A stretch of 64,000 bases of DNA from Rhynchopus sp. YZ270_cl-10 (Eukaryota): positions 186,001 through 250,000 of the forward strand of contig OZ037845.1 of assembly GCA_964035575.1 (NCBI GenBank), written 5' to 3'. Within the stretch, counting starts at the first letter, position 1. Each line of letters opens with the position of its first letter. Below the pieces are notes generated by a model, which ran no database searches, had not been told where the DNA came from, and saw only the letters and a list, made by a program, of their open reading frames with translations. Positions 1 through 12,324 of the stretch are shown here, in pieces. Made by a program: the position numbers and the translations under genes.

Positions 1-113
1 CAGCCCTCCGCAGCACGCAGCGCGCAGGCAGGCTCGGCGAGGTATTGAAAGCATGAGTTGGCGGAGGTGGTGGTGGCTGCTGCGTATAAAAGGATGTACA
101 CAAGTCGTCGCAT
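1..113 (-). CDS. 5' end of a secreted Cys-containing protein (runs off window)
   Basis: ATG at 113-111 gives MRRLVYILLYAAATTTSANSCFQYLAEPACALRAAEG..., a signal-peptide-like start followed by Cys spacing like the neighbouring genes; pyrimidine/CA-rich upstream sequence. Confidence 0.55.
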   Translation of the reverse strand, partial: MRRLVYILLYAAATTTSANSCFQYLAEPACALRAAEG

Positions 114-868
114 GGAGGTGTGTGTATGAGAGGAGAGGAGGAAAGAAGGGGAGGAGTACAGTGTGTTGCTGTGGGGAAAATGAAAGATTGTTTTGTGGGA
201 AGATTGAGAGGTAAAAGGGGAATTGATGTTCCTTTTTTTTTTTGAAAAAAAGAAATAAATCTGGCGCAAAAGAGAAAAAAATGCGGGGAAGAAAGGCAAA
301 TTTCTGGGCAATAAAATAAATGGAAGCCGATTGGCAATGAGGGGAAGAGAGAGAAAAAGGAGGGTGTGTGTATGGGTGTTTCGCTCAATTTTGTGACGAC
401 CGGGGGAGGGGAGGAAAAATGAACCTCTTCCCGCCCTTTTGTCGACCACGAAAACGAAAGCTTAGCATCCCTCCTCGTTTCATTCTCTCCTCCCTACCAG
501 ACGGTATGACTTCCGTTTTAGACCAATAATTAGCTTCAAAAGGAGAAGCAAAAAAAATGGGAAAGATTAATGTGTACAAAACACAAAAAATAAAAAAGCA
601 AAGTTTGATGACCCTAAGCCTCTCCTCTCTTAGCTTAGGCACCTTGAAAACAGCAAAAAAAAAACAAAACATCAACAACCGTTGATTGGTTTGCCTTTAT
701 TTTGCTGATATGGAAGTGATACACACATTTTATAAAACGGTCTCTAACAAAGGGGGTGTTTTGTTGTCGCAAAAAAAGGTTGAAAAGAAATGAGATTCGT
801 ATATTTTCAATTTAGAAAAAATAAAAAGAAAACGGCGATATGCTGAGGGTTGGATATCCCTTTTGACG

Positions 869-953
869 GCATCGTTTTACAGTCGTGGACTACGACGGTA
901 TCTGATCATCTTCGATCCCCACACTCTCGTTCTTGATTAATGAAGACATTCTT
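869..953 (-). pseudogene. Isolated 18S rRNA fragment
   Basis: Minus strand reads CAAGAATGTCTTCATTAATCAAGAACGAGAGTGTGGGGATCGAAGATGATCAGATACCGTCGTAGTCCACGACTGTAAAACGATGC, matching a conserved SSU rRNA segment; flanks are not rRNA-like. Confidence 0.85.
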
Positions 954-1892
954 GTCGAGCGAGGGTAGCTTTCTTAGAGAGAAAGCTAAAATCGGGAAAG
1001 ATAATGTGCCTCGTTTGCGCATAACATCATGCAAGTTCTTGTCAAAGAAAAAGAATAAAAAAATCAGAGCAAAACAACAACAACAGTCCCACCAATAAAA
1101 AGAAAATTTTATTTAGATGACCCTAAGCCTCATGAAGGGTCACCTTAAAACAACAAAAACATCAACAATGTTGATGTGAGGGCCTCGAAAAGACAAAGAG
1201 GCTTCGGCACTCGAAGGGCACGTATAAAAAAAAAATTGAGAATAGAAAGAAACGGAAATTTTCTGAAAATGGGAAAACACGAAATAAAAAGGCTCTTGAA
1301 AACAACCCACAACAGGCCGCAAACAAGCCGCAAGACAAAACCACATATCTAAAAAGGGCAGAATGGTTACGTCTCCGTGCCCAAGCAAGCGAGAGCCAGT
1401 CCTGCACAAAAACCAAACAAAACAGCTACCGCCAACCGACCTCTTTATACACACGCAATATCCTTCCAGAGCAATAAGAAGTCAGGTCTGCTCTCTCTCT
1501 CTTGTTGTATCGAACACCCTGTCTGTAGACAGGTTGTGAACACAGAAAAGGCTGTTTTTTTTAAAGTTATTTTTGTTGGTTTCTAACATCACACATCTAA
1601 AGGGAAAGAATTGAAAAAAGAAGACTGGTTCTTTGTAACGGTTCCTCCTCTACACTACATATGCACACTTCGGTCCATACAAGGGACGTCCCGTGTACAT
1701 GCACACACACTACTGCCCACTACTATGGGCAATACTTCGCTCTTAGCAACTACCTACATATTCTTTCAAACCACACACACATGGTTATGATCGTCCTTAT
1801 GTAGGGTAAAGCAGACGTGACACCAAACACCCCACATCCAACGAACCTTCTTCCGCAGTGGGGAATTACCCAAAAAAGAAGGCTGATATCGA

Positions 1893-1920
1893 ACACACAC
1901 ACACACACACACACACACAC
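1893..1920. repeat. (CA)n microsatellite
   Basis: Direct dinucleotide run. Confidence 0.9.
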
Positions 1921-2001
1921 CCCACATGATGCATTTTGGAGATCTGTCATTTTTCGGGGAAAAAACAGATCTTACAACGATCGCCAACACGGCGGACTTG
2001 T

Positions 2002-2128
2002 CAGGGACCACTACTAGTTCTACTACTCCAAATGACTAGTGTTTTACGATTAGTGTTGTATCAGTAACACTACTAGTTTAGCACTAGTTATTATGACTAG
2101 TAGTTTCACTATTAGTCCCCTGACTAGT
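2002..2128. repeat. ACTAGT-rich small element with short imperfect inverted ends
   Basis: About 6 ACTAGT motifs between cagggac and gtcccctg; no clean TSD. Confidence 0.4.
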
Positions 2129-2627
2129 ACGCCGTGAAAGGGGGGGGGAAGGGGAGGGCCCTTTTTGTCAAAAGCTGTGTCTGAAAGCTCAGCAAGGGGC
2201 AGTTTGGGATAAGGGAGAGAGAAGAAATATTGGGAGGATGAAAAGCCTGGCGCTTTAGTAGTGATTGAAGATGGCATTGTTTTCTTCCCTCTTTCTTGGG
2301 GAAGAAATGGTGAAGGCTCACATCCACACATCTTAACAGAATTGAAATAATCGATAGATGAATACACATATTTTCTGCAAAGTATGACTCAAGGTTCACC
2401 CTGCTGTTGCTGTGGAAGCTTGCTTCCACGTCAAAGAACACAGCATTGGCAGGCCGCATGCAAGAGAGATTGTGTGTCTTGCTTCTGTCAAGACACTTCT
2501 GAGTGTTCCAGCAAATATAAAAAAAAAATCACAAATTGAAAATTAGATGTGGGGAAGGGAAAAAATACAGGGGAAAAAAGAAAACGTTTGTACGGTGAAA
2601 CCCACGCCTTTCCAAGCGTCACCTTAA

Positions 2628-2704
2628 ATGGTGTGGCCCATCGATTTTAAACCACTTTTGGGACATTCTTGGGCCATCCAAAACCGCAAAACGGGCCACA
2701 CCAT
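2628..2704. mobile_element. 77-bp MITE with TTAA target duplication
   Basis: TIR atggtgtggccc / gggccacaccat flanked by TTAA at 2624-2627 and 2705-2708. Confidence 0.65.
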
Positions 2705-3098
2705 TTAAACAAACAAAAAAAAAAGTGTTGGAAACAGATGACTCCAAGACTCTGGTGCGTTACTGATTTACGACGAGAGGCTATAGTAGTCGCGTGTCCC
2801 AACTTTTTTTCGGATGGAAAAATACAAAAAAATTACAATAAAAGAAAGGTTTATGAGATGAACCTAGCCTCTCGTGCTTGGTCACCTAATAAGTGGACCC
2901 ATGACACCCCATTACCATCCGTGAAATGGGGGGGTCTGTGCAGTTAGCAGGGGGGGAGAACCTGTGCGGGAGGGTTGGGTGGAGAGCAGACAGAGACAGA
3001 ACAGAACAAAAGCTGGAAACGGTTAGTTAGCGAAGGAAGTCTTAAATTATCTTAAACAACGATTTAAAAAGGAAAAAATGCAAAAGGTGCTTCTCGGG

Positions 3099-3559
3099 CA
3101 GGCTTATCGCTAAATCGGGGAGGGTCAAGGGGGGGCCAAATTTCAAAATCAGGATCCAAATTTTTCCCTGAGGAAGTGTTGCGGAGAAACCCCTTCGCCA
3201 TTTACATTTGCGAGCCGAACGCTCTTCGTGGGGTCAATTTGACGAAATGGACAGCTTCTCGCTATTGGTCAAAATCCATAAAAGGTAAAGAGTACCAAGG
3301 AGAAGCCAAAGTCCAAAAAGTAACCAGATTTTCTACGAAAACGCAATACTCAATTTTTTTTCGAAATAAAACGCAAATTCAGGCGAAAACGGAATCCGCC
3401 CGCTGGGGTCAATTTTCCGAATTGAACATCGCAAGGTTAAGGGGACCAAGTGAAAACATAGAGGGCAAGGAACAAGAAGGGGGCGATGGTGCCCTAGGCC
3501 CATTACCACCCTTTTCCTGGCCCGAACCCGGGAAGAGTAGTTAATTAGCGATAAGCCTG
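3099..3559. mobile_element. hAT-like MITE (461 bp)
   Basis: 15-bp TIR caggcttatcgctaa / ttagcgataagcctg; degenerate 8-bp flanks ttctcggg / tcctcgga. Confidence 0.7.
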
Positions 3560-4829
3560 TCCTCGGAGGCTAAAAAAGAGCGAAAAAAACTGAACCCATT
3601 GGACCCTGTCAATGCCTTTGAATGTACTGATGTATTTTGCCAGCACACCCTTATTAGAGAACACTAACACTGTTGTCCTTTTGGTGTTCTTGAGCACCAA
3701 AAAAAGAGAAAAAAAATAAGCCTCTCACAGATGCTTTTAGGTTGCCTTCAAAGAAGGGGGAAAGAGTGTTGTGTGTTGAAAGTCAGAAGTGGTTTTTACG
3801 CCTCTCTACGGACGTAGTCACTTCAGATGCCCTGAGGTTATGTTATTGAACCGTGGGCACGTGACAAAGTCTGATATGATGAAAGAACGGGGAAGACCTG
3901 TCAAGGTAAAATATTTACCGCAACAAAATGAAAGAAAAAGTTTGTAAATTTGATAAAAAATGAAAGATGAATGTGCCTCTTTGTCTGGTGCACACCATCT
4001 GACACAAAGTCATAGATACTCTGACGACCACATTGCACGAAGAAAAGGGGTACATCAGATGAATAAGAGAAGACTTTTGAAAAAAGGGATGCAAGGAGAC
4101 TGCAAGTCAGCAGGATGCAGAAAGAAGAAATTATTGCGAAACAAATGGTGGAAAAAAATGCGTTTTCCCCACAAAGATAGACGGAAAAGGAAAAGGGGGA
4201 CTCACCGAAGTATATTTTCATCATATGCAATCAATAAATTGATAGTATATGGTGAAGAATAGAAAAGTGAAGTTGATAGAAGAAAAACAACGTCTCTGTG
4301 GGTTATCGAACCCGGACCGCAAAAAAGGAATTGTTCGAAGAAGAAAAAAAGTAGAGTTGAAATACAAAGCCCTCTCACGACAGTGTACCTTGGTACAATG
4401 ACCCGGCTGTACCGGGGTGGACACCCAACCCAAAAAGAACACACAAAGGGGGCCTCTAAAAGGGACCACTAAAGGGAGGACACTTTGAAAGATGATTGTG
4501 CCTCTTCGTACCACATCTACAGTACGCCCCTTTTTTGTCCAAGAATCACTTTCGTGTAGAAATCTCTGCTTCTTCAGCGCAGTACCTTTCACGCTCACAA
4601 AAGCGACACTTTTTGATGGCGAATAATTAGGGACAAAAAAATCGACCCACATCACAAGAAGAAACCTTGAAAGATGAATATGCTTGGTGTGGCTGACGAT
4701 AACCCAGAAGTAGCACCCCCCTTCACACCATATGCTTCGTAGTGCATACACATCGATGGGGTAGGAAACCGACCTCTTTTTTTGCAACAGCCAGATACCC
4801 ACGACATCCCCCAATTTCCTCATATGTGC

Positions 4830-5372
4830 CTACACTTTGTAGTACCCCTTAGACTCGAAGCAGTGGGTGTCGCAGCCTTTAGGAAGGTAGGGTGCGTCAC
4901 CGAAGTTGGGGTGGGTGAGGAGAGACGCTGTGTTGCTGTGCTCGAGGGGGGGTTGCATCTGGCGGTAGGCGAGCTGGTCGTGTTGGCTTTGCGCGACGCT
5001 GGCACGGCGGGCACAAGCGATGCAGCAGCACATCGCAAGAGAGAGGCCACCCACAACAACAAAGACTATGACAAGAATCGTGTAGCTGTTGCCGTCGTCC
5101 TCATCACTGTAGCAGAACCCCGCATCCCACGTACACCCCGCATCTGCACAGGACAGCGACGTCGACGCAGCGCACAGCGTCCTCCCCTCCACTGCCCCTG
5201 GCGGTGCCGGTGCTGCCCTACCCACTGTGCCGCACGCACCCCCCCGCCATTCACACCCAAGTTCTGCAGTGCACAACGTCTCTACGGTTGCACTGCACTG
5301 AGCGTGCACTGCATCGATGCAGAACAGAACAAAGGTTGCCACAAACGGTGCGAAGGAGGAGGAGGAGGGCAT
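4830..5372 (-). CDS. Single-pass membrane protein with Cys-rich ectodomain (180 aa)
   Basis: Signal peptide (MPSSSSFAPFVATFVLFCIDAVHA), two C-x7-C-x4/5-C-x-W-x4-C modules, TM helix ILVIVFVVVGGLSLAM followed by CCCIAC; GC-rich coding composition. Confidence 0.8.
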   Translation of the reverse strand: MPSSSSFAPFVATFVLFCIDAVHAQCSATVETLCTAELGCEWRGGACGTVGRAAPAPPGAVEGRTLCAASTSLSCADAGCTWDAGFCYSDEDDGNSYTILVIVFVVVGGLSLAMCCCIACARRASVAQSQHDQLAYRQMQPPLEHSNTASLLTHPNFGDAPYLPKGCDTHCFESKGYYKV

Positions 5373-5897
5373 GTTCGCTGTGGCGGTGTGTACCTGAAAG
5401 TGGTGTGGGGTAGGGTGGTCAAAAATTGTGGAGAGGGGAATAAAAAGTTTGACCTGAAATACGAAAGACCTCTCGTGACAGTGTACCGTGGGTGGACCCC
5501 CCAACCATGCGGTCTTACACCCATTGAGGTGTGCATCTAAATGAGCATAAGGGAGGAAGAGGGTATTTTCTTTTTTCGCATAAAACTTTTGGGCTTTATT
5601 TTTTTGTATCAATGACAATTCAGATTCAGTGTAGACAAGGATTTGTGCGCTACGAAGTTTTTTTTTTTGTCTTTGTTTTGTTTTGCTTTGATTTTGACAT
5701 GTCAGTCGCTATCATGAAAAGCCACGTTTTGTGCAAGCTACCCATTTTTCTTTGAAAAAAAGAGTGTGACAAATGTTAATCCCGTCAAAACGTGCATGGC
5801 AGCACCTTTGACGAAAGCGGGCTGGTCTAAAAAAAGCGCTAACACAGCAAAAGAGAGTTTGGTAGATGTGATAAGCCTCCCTGTGCTTAGACACCTT

Positions 5898-6052
5898 CAC
5901 GACGGTGAAGTATAGTACATTACAAGTGAAGTTACTTGTAACGTTACAAGTGAAAAACCGTTACAAGTGGCACTTGTAACATTACATGTAACAAAAGTTA
6001 CATGTAACTCACTTGTAACTCCACTTGTAACACCCGTTACTTCACCGTCGTG
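5898..6052. mobile_element. 155-bp MITE with CAC...GTG ends and internal TTACAAGT/ACTTGTAA repeats
   Basis: TIR cacgacggtgaagta / tacttcaccgtcgtg; internal motifs in inverted arrangement. Confidence 0.7.
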
Positions 6053-7680
6053 TTTGAAGAGAAACAGGGGAGCCCTTTTGAAAGATGGATGAAAAAATAC
6101 GTCTTTCTAAAACACCTAAAAAAAGGACAAAAAAAACCGAACCAAAACTGAGAGAGCGAGAGGAAGGCATGTGAAGGGTGGGAAGAGAACTGAGACACGG
6201 TGGCGAAACCGGTACAAAAAATAAGTATTTCAACCAACGGTTGGAAAATAAAAGAGAGAGAGAGAGAGGAAAAGAGAGAAAGAAGACTTGAAAATGCCGA
6301 CACATTTTTTTTTTGTCTCGACAATCACTGTATACCTGGTATAGAGCTCTGTACTCAATGTCGGCCAAAAGCCATTTTTTTAGACAGGGCCACATATCGG
6401 GTAAAACAAACCACATTTTACTGGAGACACTGAAACAATGAATATTGACCATCGTGCGCAAAGAGGAACAACGAACACAACACTTCTACCCTTCGACAAC
6501 TTCAAGAACGCATCTGCAAACAAAAAAAAAAAAACGCTGAAAAATCACTCGTTTTCCAAACAGATTGCAGGCGAAAAGGCAGTGTGTGGGGAAGGGCAGA
6601 GGTGTGTTGCTAAATAAACAGTGTGTTAAATCAGTGTCTAAGGTCTGGGGTTTGAAGTACATTACGCAATAATGTTTTCGTCTGTTACTTAAAAGAGAAA
6701 GGTTGTGATCCTGAGCCATCGCTTGGTCACTAATTAGGGGCATTTTTTTAAAACTAAAGATGATTATTGCTTCCTATGCTCACATCTTAGAAAAAAACTA
6801 GAGAAGTAGAAAGTGTCAACACCTCACCACACATCAGATGCAGGCACTAAAAAGAAACACACAAAAAACTTGGGTGAATCGAAAAATTCGCATTAGCATT
6901 TATCTTTCTGCGGGAAATGGGGGGGTGGGAAAGTGAAATTAGATAGAACCCCAACTCACACCACATCTGCGGAGGGACGGTGAGGACATTCCCCACTGTA
7001 CCAACTGCATGGCTAACCCCAGGCGTACCCCTTTGCGACCACAAAAACTTTCCCCCTCGACTCCCACTAGCCCTCCTGCACCTCTTATCAACAATTTTCA
7101 GAACTGTTTGATTGATAGTGAAATTATAACAGTGCAGACACCTCAAAGATAGATGACACTGTGCCACCATGCTCTACAGCTGTCCCTGAGTGCACCTGTT
7201 TACTAAAGAAAGCAAATTCATACTCACTATGTTAGCAAACAGTACGTAAGCATCAAAGGGTAATCCGTATACCGTGTACCATGTACTCCCCTCTGTGCCT
7301 GTAGACAGAAGGAAAAGAAAACTCGGAAAAATGGGATGTCAACAACCCTCGTGTGAACACGGCAAAACCATACAGCGATGGTGACAACTGCTTGGGGTGG
7401 CTGCGCTATTCAAAGTGAAGTTGATAGTACAAACGTCTGGGACGCAGGCACTGACACTCCGCAGGTTATTTTAACCTTTGAAGGAATGTTAAAGGCGTCT
7501 GTTGCCTTGTGCACATAACATGCCTTGAAATACGGTGCCTAGAAAAGAAACGTTTGCAAGATGAACCTAAGCGTGGTGCATAACCACCTTAATTCAAGAA
7601 AAGAAAGGAACGTTGAACGTGCAAACAACCGGCAGAGGTACGGAACTCACCACAACCGAGTATGAGCAATCCTTGCAGCA

Positions 7681-7823
7681 ATGACAAGGGGGTAATGACT
7701 AGTTACATGGCAAGACTAAATAATGACAAGACCCCCTGCCAAATGACAAGGCCTAACGCTATTACATACAAGGGTCTTGTAGTTATTTAGTCTCGTCATG
7801 GAATTGGTCATGCACCTTGTCAT
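7681..7823. mobile_element. Degenerate foldback/MITE
   Basis: About 55-bp imperfect inverted arms (atgacaagg...agactaaataatgacaagaccc / gggtcttgtagttatttagtct...ccttgtcat). Confidence 0.6.
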
Positions 7824-8199
7824 ATGACTAGTCGTGTGTCGGTGATGTCGAAAAGGGGAAGGGGGTAAAAATAAAATTGCAGCAACTCAAGCGAAGGGTG
7901 TCTGCGAAACGTTTGTATTTGTTGTTTGTGTGGATTTTTTTTTTCCTATTGTTGTGGATAACGCACTTAACATTTCCTGCTGGTTTCCTTCTCCAAAAAA
8001 AAAAGGGGGCGTGTGCAAGTGTACGGAGTGAAATACCAACACTATTGTTGCCTATGAGGCAAAACACACCTCGAGAAAAGGGAAAAAAAAAAACATTGTT
8101 ACTGATGAACCCAAGACTCGCATGATTAGTCATCAGAAACAAAAATCCACGAAACGAGAGATAGGCGAGGAACGGCTGCGTGGATGGAGAGTTCACACG

Positions 8200-8230
<31 letters not shown>

Positions 8231-8955
8231 AAAAAAACGCGAGGTGTCTACACGGTATCAATTAATCAAAAATTAATCAAAAAAATAAAGGGAAATTGAA
8301 AGTTGCAAAACACCTCACCGCACATCTGACAATAGAAAACTTGATTGGTGCTCCGGGAGGGGTCGATATTGACAGGTCGTTGACCGACTTCCGAAAGCAC
8401 CATTGATTTGAAATACAACAGCCCGCTCGTGAGCAGTGCCTTTTGGCATTAAAAAAAAAGCGGGAAAATATCGGCGATCCACAAAATATGTTAAGGTATA
8501 AAAAGATGGACAACTACCCACACTAATTATTTCTAAGGGGAAGAGGGGAGGGGAAACGAAAAAAAGAGAGAGGAAAGAATATGGACAGAGAGAACTAAAA
8601 AAAAAGAAAGAGGTTTGTTAGAGCGGCACCCTATGGATAAATCACTGTTTTCGGAAATAGAAAAATTTGAGGTAATTTTACTTTTCTCTTTATTTGGGAG
8701 GGAAAATGAATCCTGGGGAGGGAGGGAAAAGCCAGCTGAACACCTCTTTTTTATTTATATTTTGTTTTCCTTTGAAAACTTGGTTGTATTAGCATAGCCA
8801 ACAGAGGAATGAGAATACATCAGTTTTCAATGAACAACCATTTTTCAACCATTTTACCCGCTGAGGTACCAACGAATCACCAGACGCTTTCAGTATCCAA
8901 GAAAAGAAAGGTTGAATAAAAAGGATGAATCTGCCTTCACGTGAATACACATACA

Positions 8956-9049
8956 CCCTGATTTTGCATAAAATTTTGGTAGTGTTTTTGGTGGTCTTAA
9001 AAGCACTTTTAACACCACCAAACACCAAAATTTCAGAAAAAAGTCAGGT
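8956..9049. mobile_element. Small palindromic element; related copy at ~54311-54416
   Basis: cctgattttgcataaaattttgg...ccaaaatttcagaaaaaagtcagg; similar arms at 54.3 kb. Confidence 0.5.
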
Positions 9050-9518
9050 TGACACATTTTGAACGAAAAACATTGCTCTTTTTTTGTACTGTAGTACACA
9101 TCTCGCGATGACACCGCTACTGCGAGGGGTTTCACTACCTTTCATTGTCCATGTCTTCTTGTAGACAATCCGAAGGCATTTGTACTTAAAAAGACCTAGA
9201 CGCAGATCATCCTCAACTCAGAAAGACTTTATTGTTGTTGTTTTTTTTTTCTTTGAAATTTATTAAAACTAAAGTAGTTGCCTTTTGTGCTGCCACATCG
9301 TGCAATCTACACTGTCCTCCAACCCCGCCTCCACCAAACTCTCCTCTGCGCACATAGTCTTTCGTGTCGTTTCATGCGAACGGCTGAGACACACACACGC
9401 AAAAAGGGGGGTTTGATTTTTTGGCAAAAACTGGGGATTTTCTCCATATTTTTTTACACTCCGTTTTATGTATTTTTTCTTTGTCAATATGCCCCCACCC
9501 CCCCCATTTCACACTCAC

Positions 9519-10220
9519 TTACTGCGGGCCAAACCCACCCTCACCCTCACCACCCTCACCAATCGGGTTAACACCTCCTTCACCAAAACCTCCCTCACCT
9601 CCTTCACCTCCTTCACCCCCAACACCTCCAATAAACTCAGGTCCTTGGCCTCCGCTGTTTGGTGGGTCCGTGGGGTAGAGGACCTCCTCTGGGACGATGA
9701 TACCAATGCACGTGGACGCAGCCCAGACACAGTCGAAGCCTTCTTGGGGGGTCTGACACTGCGTCTGGTCAAGCCCTGTGCATGGGCCCGTGGGTGCGCC
9801 CGCTACGTCAAGCTCAAGGTCCAACTCCACGCAGGTGTTGCGCACCCATACACACACAGTGGCAGTGTCCACCCCTTCAGTCGCGACGTACGGGCAAGTA
9901 TCAGGGGTCGTGCCCGGGCATGGGCTAGGAAGGCTTTCGATCTTGCGTGACAACGCGTCGCCGTCAATCATGCATGCGCTCACCACCCACACACACCCCT
10001 CCACCAGATCACACTCAGCCTCCGTCGCCTGGCGAGGGTCGCACAGAATCGATTCTGGAAGGAACTCTGCGGGGATGACTTCAGAGCACTCCCCCATGGA
10101 CCACGCGCAGTCTGCATCCTGTTGGCATGACGTCTCGTCATAATAGTCAGTACAGTCACCAGCAGCAGCACCACTACACAAAGCTAAGAGCACCGCAGCG
10201 GATAGGGAAGCACGCCCCAT
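9519..10220 (-). CDS. Secreted Cys-rich repeat protein with GGE-rich acidic tail (233 aa)
   Basis: Signal peptide, four C..C..CxWxxxxC modules, (GGE)n tail; the end could alternatively splice at GTAAGT overlapping the stop. Confidence 0.8.
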   Translation of the reverse strand: MGRASLSAAVLLALCSGAAAGDCTDYYDETSCQQDADCAWSMGECSEVIPAEFLPESILCDPRQATEAECDLVEGCVWVVSACMIDGDALSRKIESLPSPCPGTTPDTCPYVATEGVDTATVCVWVRNTCVELDLELDVAGAPTGPCTGLDQTQCQTPQEGFDCVWAASTCIGIIVPEEVLYPTDPPNSGGQGPEFIGGVGGEGGEGGEGGFGEGGVNPIGEGGEGEGGFGPQ

Positions 10221-10804
10221 GGTGAAAAATGGAGAGAAGGGGTAAAGGATTCTGAGGGTGAAGGGGGTGAAGAGGGTCTCGAGAAAAAGGGTTCGTAGCT
10301 AATGCGTTAAGTGTTTTGTTCAATACCACAAAAGGGAGATGGGGCCGTATTTGGAAGGGGAAAAGACTGGGGTGGAATACTGTTACTATTTGCATATGGG
10401 GGGACAGGAGGGAGAAGGTGTGCCCTTTGAAAAAGGACGGGATAGGGGAAGAGTGGGCTAACCAGTTTACTTGCCTAAGGTGCAGCGAGGTGCACGAAAC
10501 ACAACGACCCCACACACACACACACCACTCTACGCCATCAGGGTTTACAGAACCCAGGTTCCCTGTTATAAGGGGGTTTTTTGGAGGCCACTTTTTGTTC
10601 ATTTTTAGTCCGAAGCAAACGTATTGCTGTGGAACTGAAAAAGAGAAAAAAAAACTGCCTCTCTGTGTGTGTCTCCTCTTTGCGAACTGCAAAGAGAGAA
10701 GTTTTCAAAAAAGTGCAAAACGGTTGGCACAAAAAAAAATTGAAATGCCTTGTTGCACCACATCGTTACTAGTGTATCATTTTTTTTTTCTATTTGTCAT
10801 TTGT

Positions 10805-11440
10805 TTACGTCTTTTTTCGCAACATGGTCTCGTCGACGTCGTCTGTCTTGAGGTGGCGTTGAGCTACTCTTGCAAGCGACTTATGCATTGTTTCTGATAT
10901 GCTAAGCAGCTTCACATAGTCCGCATATGCTTCTGTGTCCACCACAGGCGCCTGCCCCACAGGAGGCAGCTCCTTCCCGCTGGCCAGGGCTGCCACCAGC
11001 CACGCCCGCTCGGACTCCTCACCTTGCTCTGCCTGCAGCGGACTTCCCGCAAAGGGCTCAGACGCAGGTTGAAACGGTGCTGCCTCAGGTGCAAGTCCTC
11101 GTGACGACGACTCGCCTTTGTACGACTCACCTTTGTACGACTCCCACGCATTCGCATCAGGATGCTGCGTGAAAGCGCTCGATGCAGTAAACAACTGTGT
11201 GCTTTCGGGGGTCAATCTGTGGGTTGAGGGTTGAGGGTTGTCATAAGAAAGGTACGATGAGCACACATGAGTGGAGGAATAAACATTTGGTAAAGAGCCT
11301 AAGGCAATCTGCGATTTCGGGGAAATCACCACCACAGGGTGAGGGTGAGGGGGATGGAGATAGGGATGGGGATGGGGTCTGGCTGCATACCCGCTTCTCT
11401 CATTAGTGTATGCAACAGTATCTGCCCAGCCACTGCTCAT
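10805..11440 (-). CDS. Hypothetical protein, possible PAM2-like motifs; probable intron 11217-11390
   Basis: ATG 11440; GTATGC...CCACAG in-frame 174-nt intron; motifs GLAPEAAPFQP and (after splicing) SGLTPESTQLF. Confidence 0.5.
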   Translation of the reverse strand: MSSGWADTVAYTNERSGYAARPHPHPYLHPPHPHPVVVISPKSQIALGSLPNVYSSTHVCSSYLSYDNPQPSTHRLTPESTQLFTASSAFTQHPDANAWESYKGESYKGESSSRGLAPEAAPFQPASEPFAGSPLQAEQGEESERAWLVAALASGKELPPVGQAPVVDTEAYADYVKLLSISETMHKSLARVAQRHLKTDDVDETMLRKKT

Positions 11441-12324
11441 GTCTGCAGTGCAGGCCCCCCTTCCTTTTGGTGTAGTGTTTGGGGTGGGGGAAGAAAGCGG
11501 AGCACAATGCCGAAGCCTCACAACCTCACCTTTCAAAAGCATACGCGAAATATGCGCTCTTCCAAAAGAATCCCAGATACGTGGTGTGCTTGGGAACGAA
11601 ACGGTGGGATAACGTGACGTAGGTGATATTGCGGGGCAAGGTACGAGATGTACGGGATATTTGCCTTTCTGAAAAGAGGAAAAGTGGGATGTGGGGGAGG
11701 GAAAGCTATTTTTTTTCTGCATTTAGGTCTGATAGATATGAGTGCTGTGTGCCTGGGTACGGACACACAAATTTCTTTCCTCTTTTGTTTGGACCCGCTT
11801 TTTTTGTTGCCCGAAAGCGCTATGCTGAGCACGTACACTTCATGTTCGGTACTTATGTGTTCAAGTCCCTATGAATTGTGTTTGCTGGCATTACTGACTC
11901 AAGATAAAAAAAGGGGGTGTGGAAGATGAAAGACCTTACACATAACTTACATAGCAAAATTGCAATCAAAAAAAAACAAAATAAAGAACTGCAATGAGCG
12001 CGCTGGACAAATCGTGATTGAGAATTAAAAGGAAAACCAACGAAACCGAGTTAGTGCAGCGCAAAAAAAAGGAAGTGGAAAGTGCGATAGACGATAGGAA
12101 CTGAGAGCGGCGTGCTCTGAAAAAATACAGGAGCATCGCTCATCGTGCCTGGAAGAGAACTAAAAATAAACTAAAATACAGAAAGATGAACGACATCTTC
12201 AAATAAAGTAAGTTAGCTGCACTGCAGCCAAAAGAGATATACAATATGGATAATGCTTGGAAACATCATGACCAGAGAGATTCATGAAAACTAAATACGA
12301 GAAGAAGAAGAAGAAAATAGCAGC

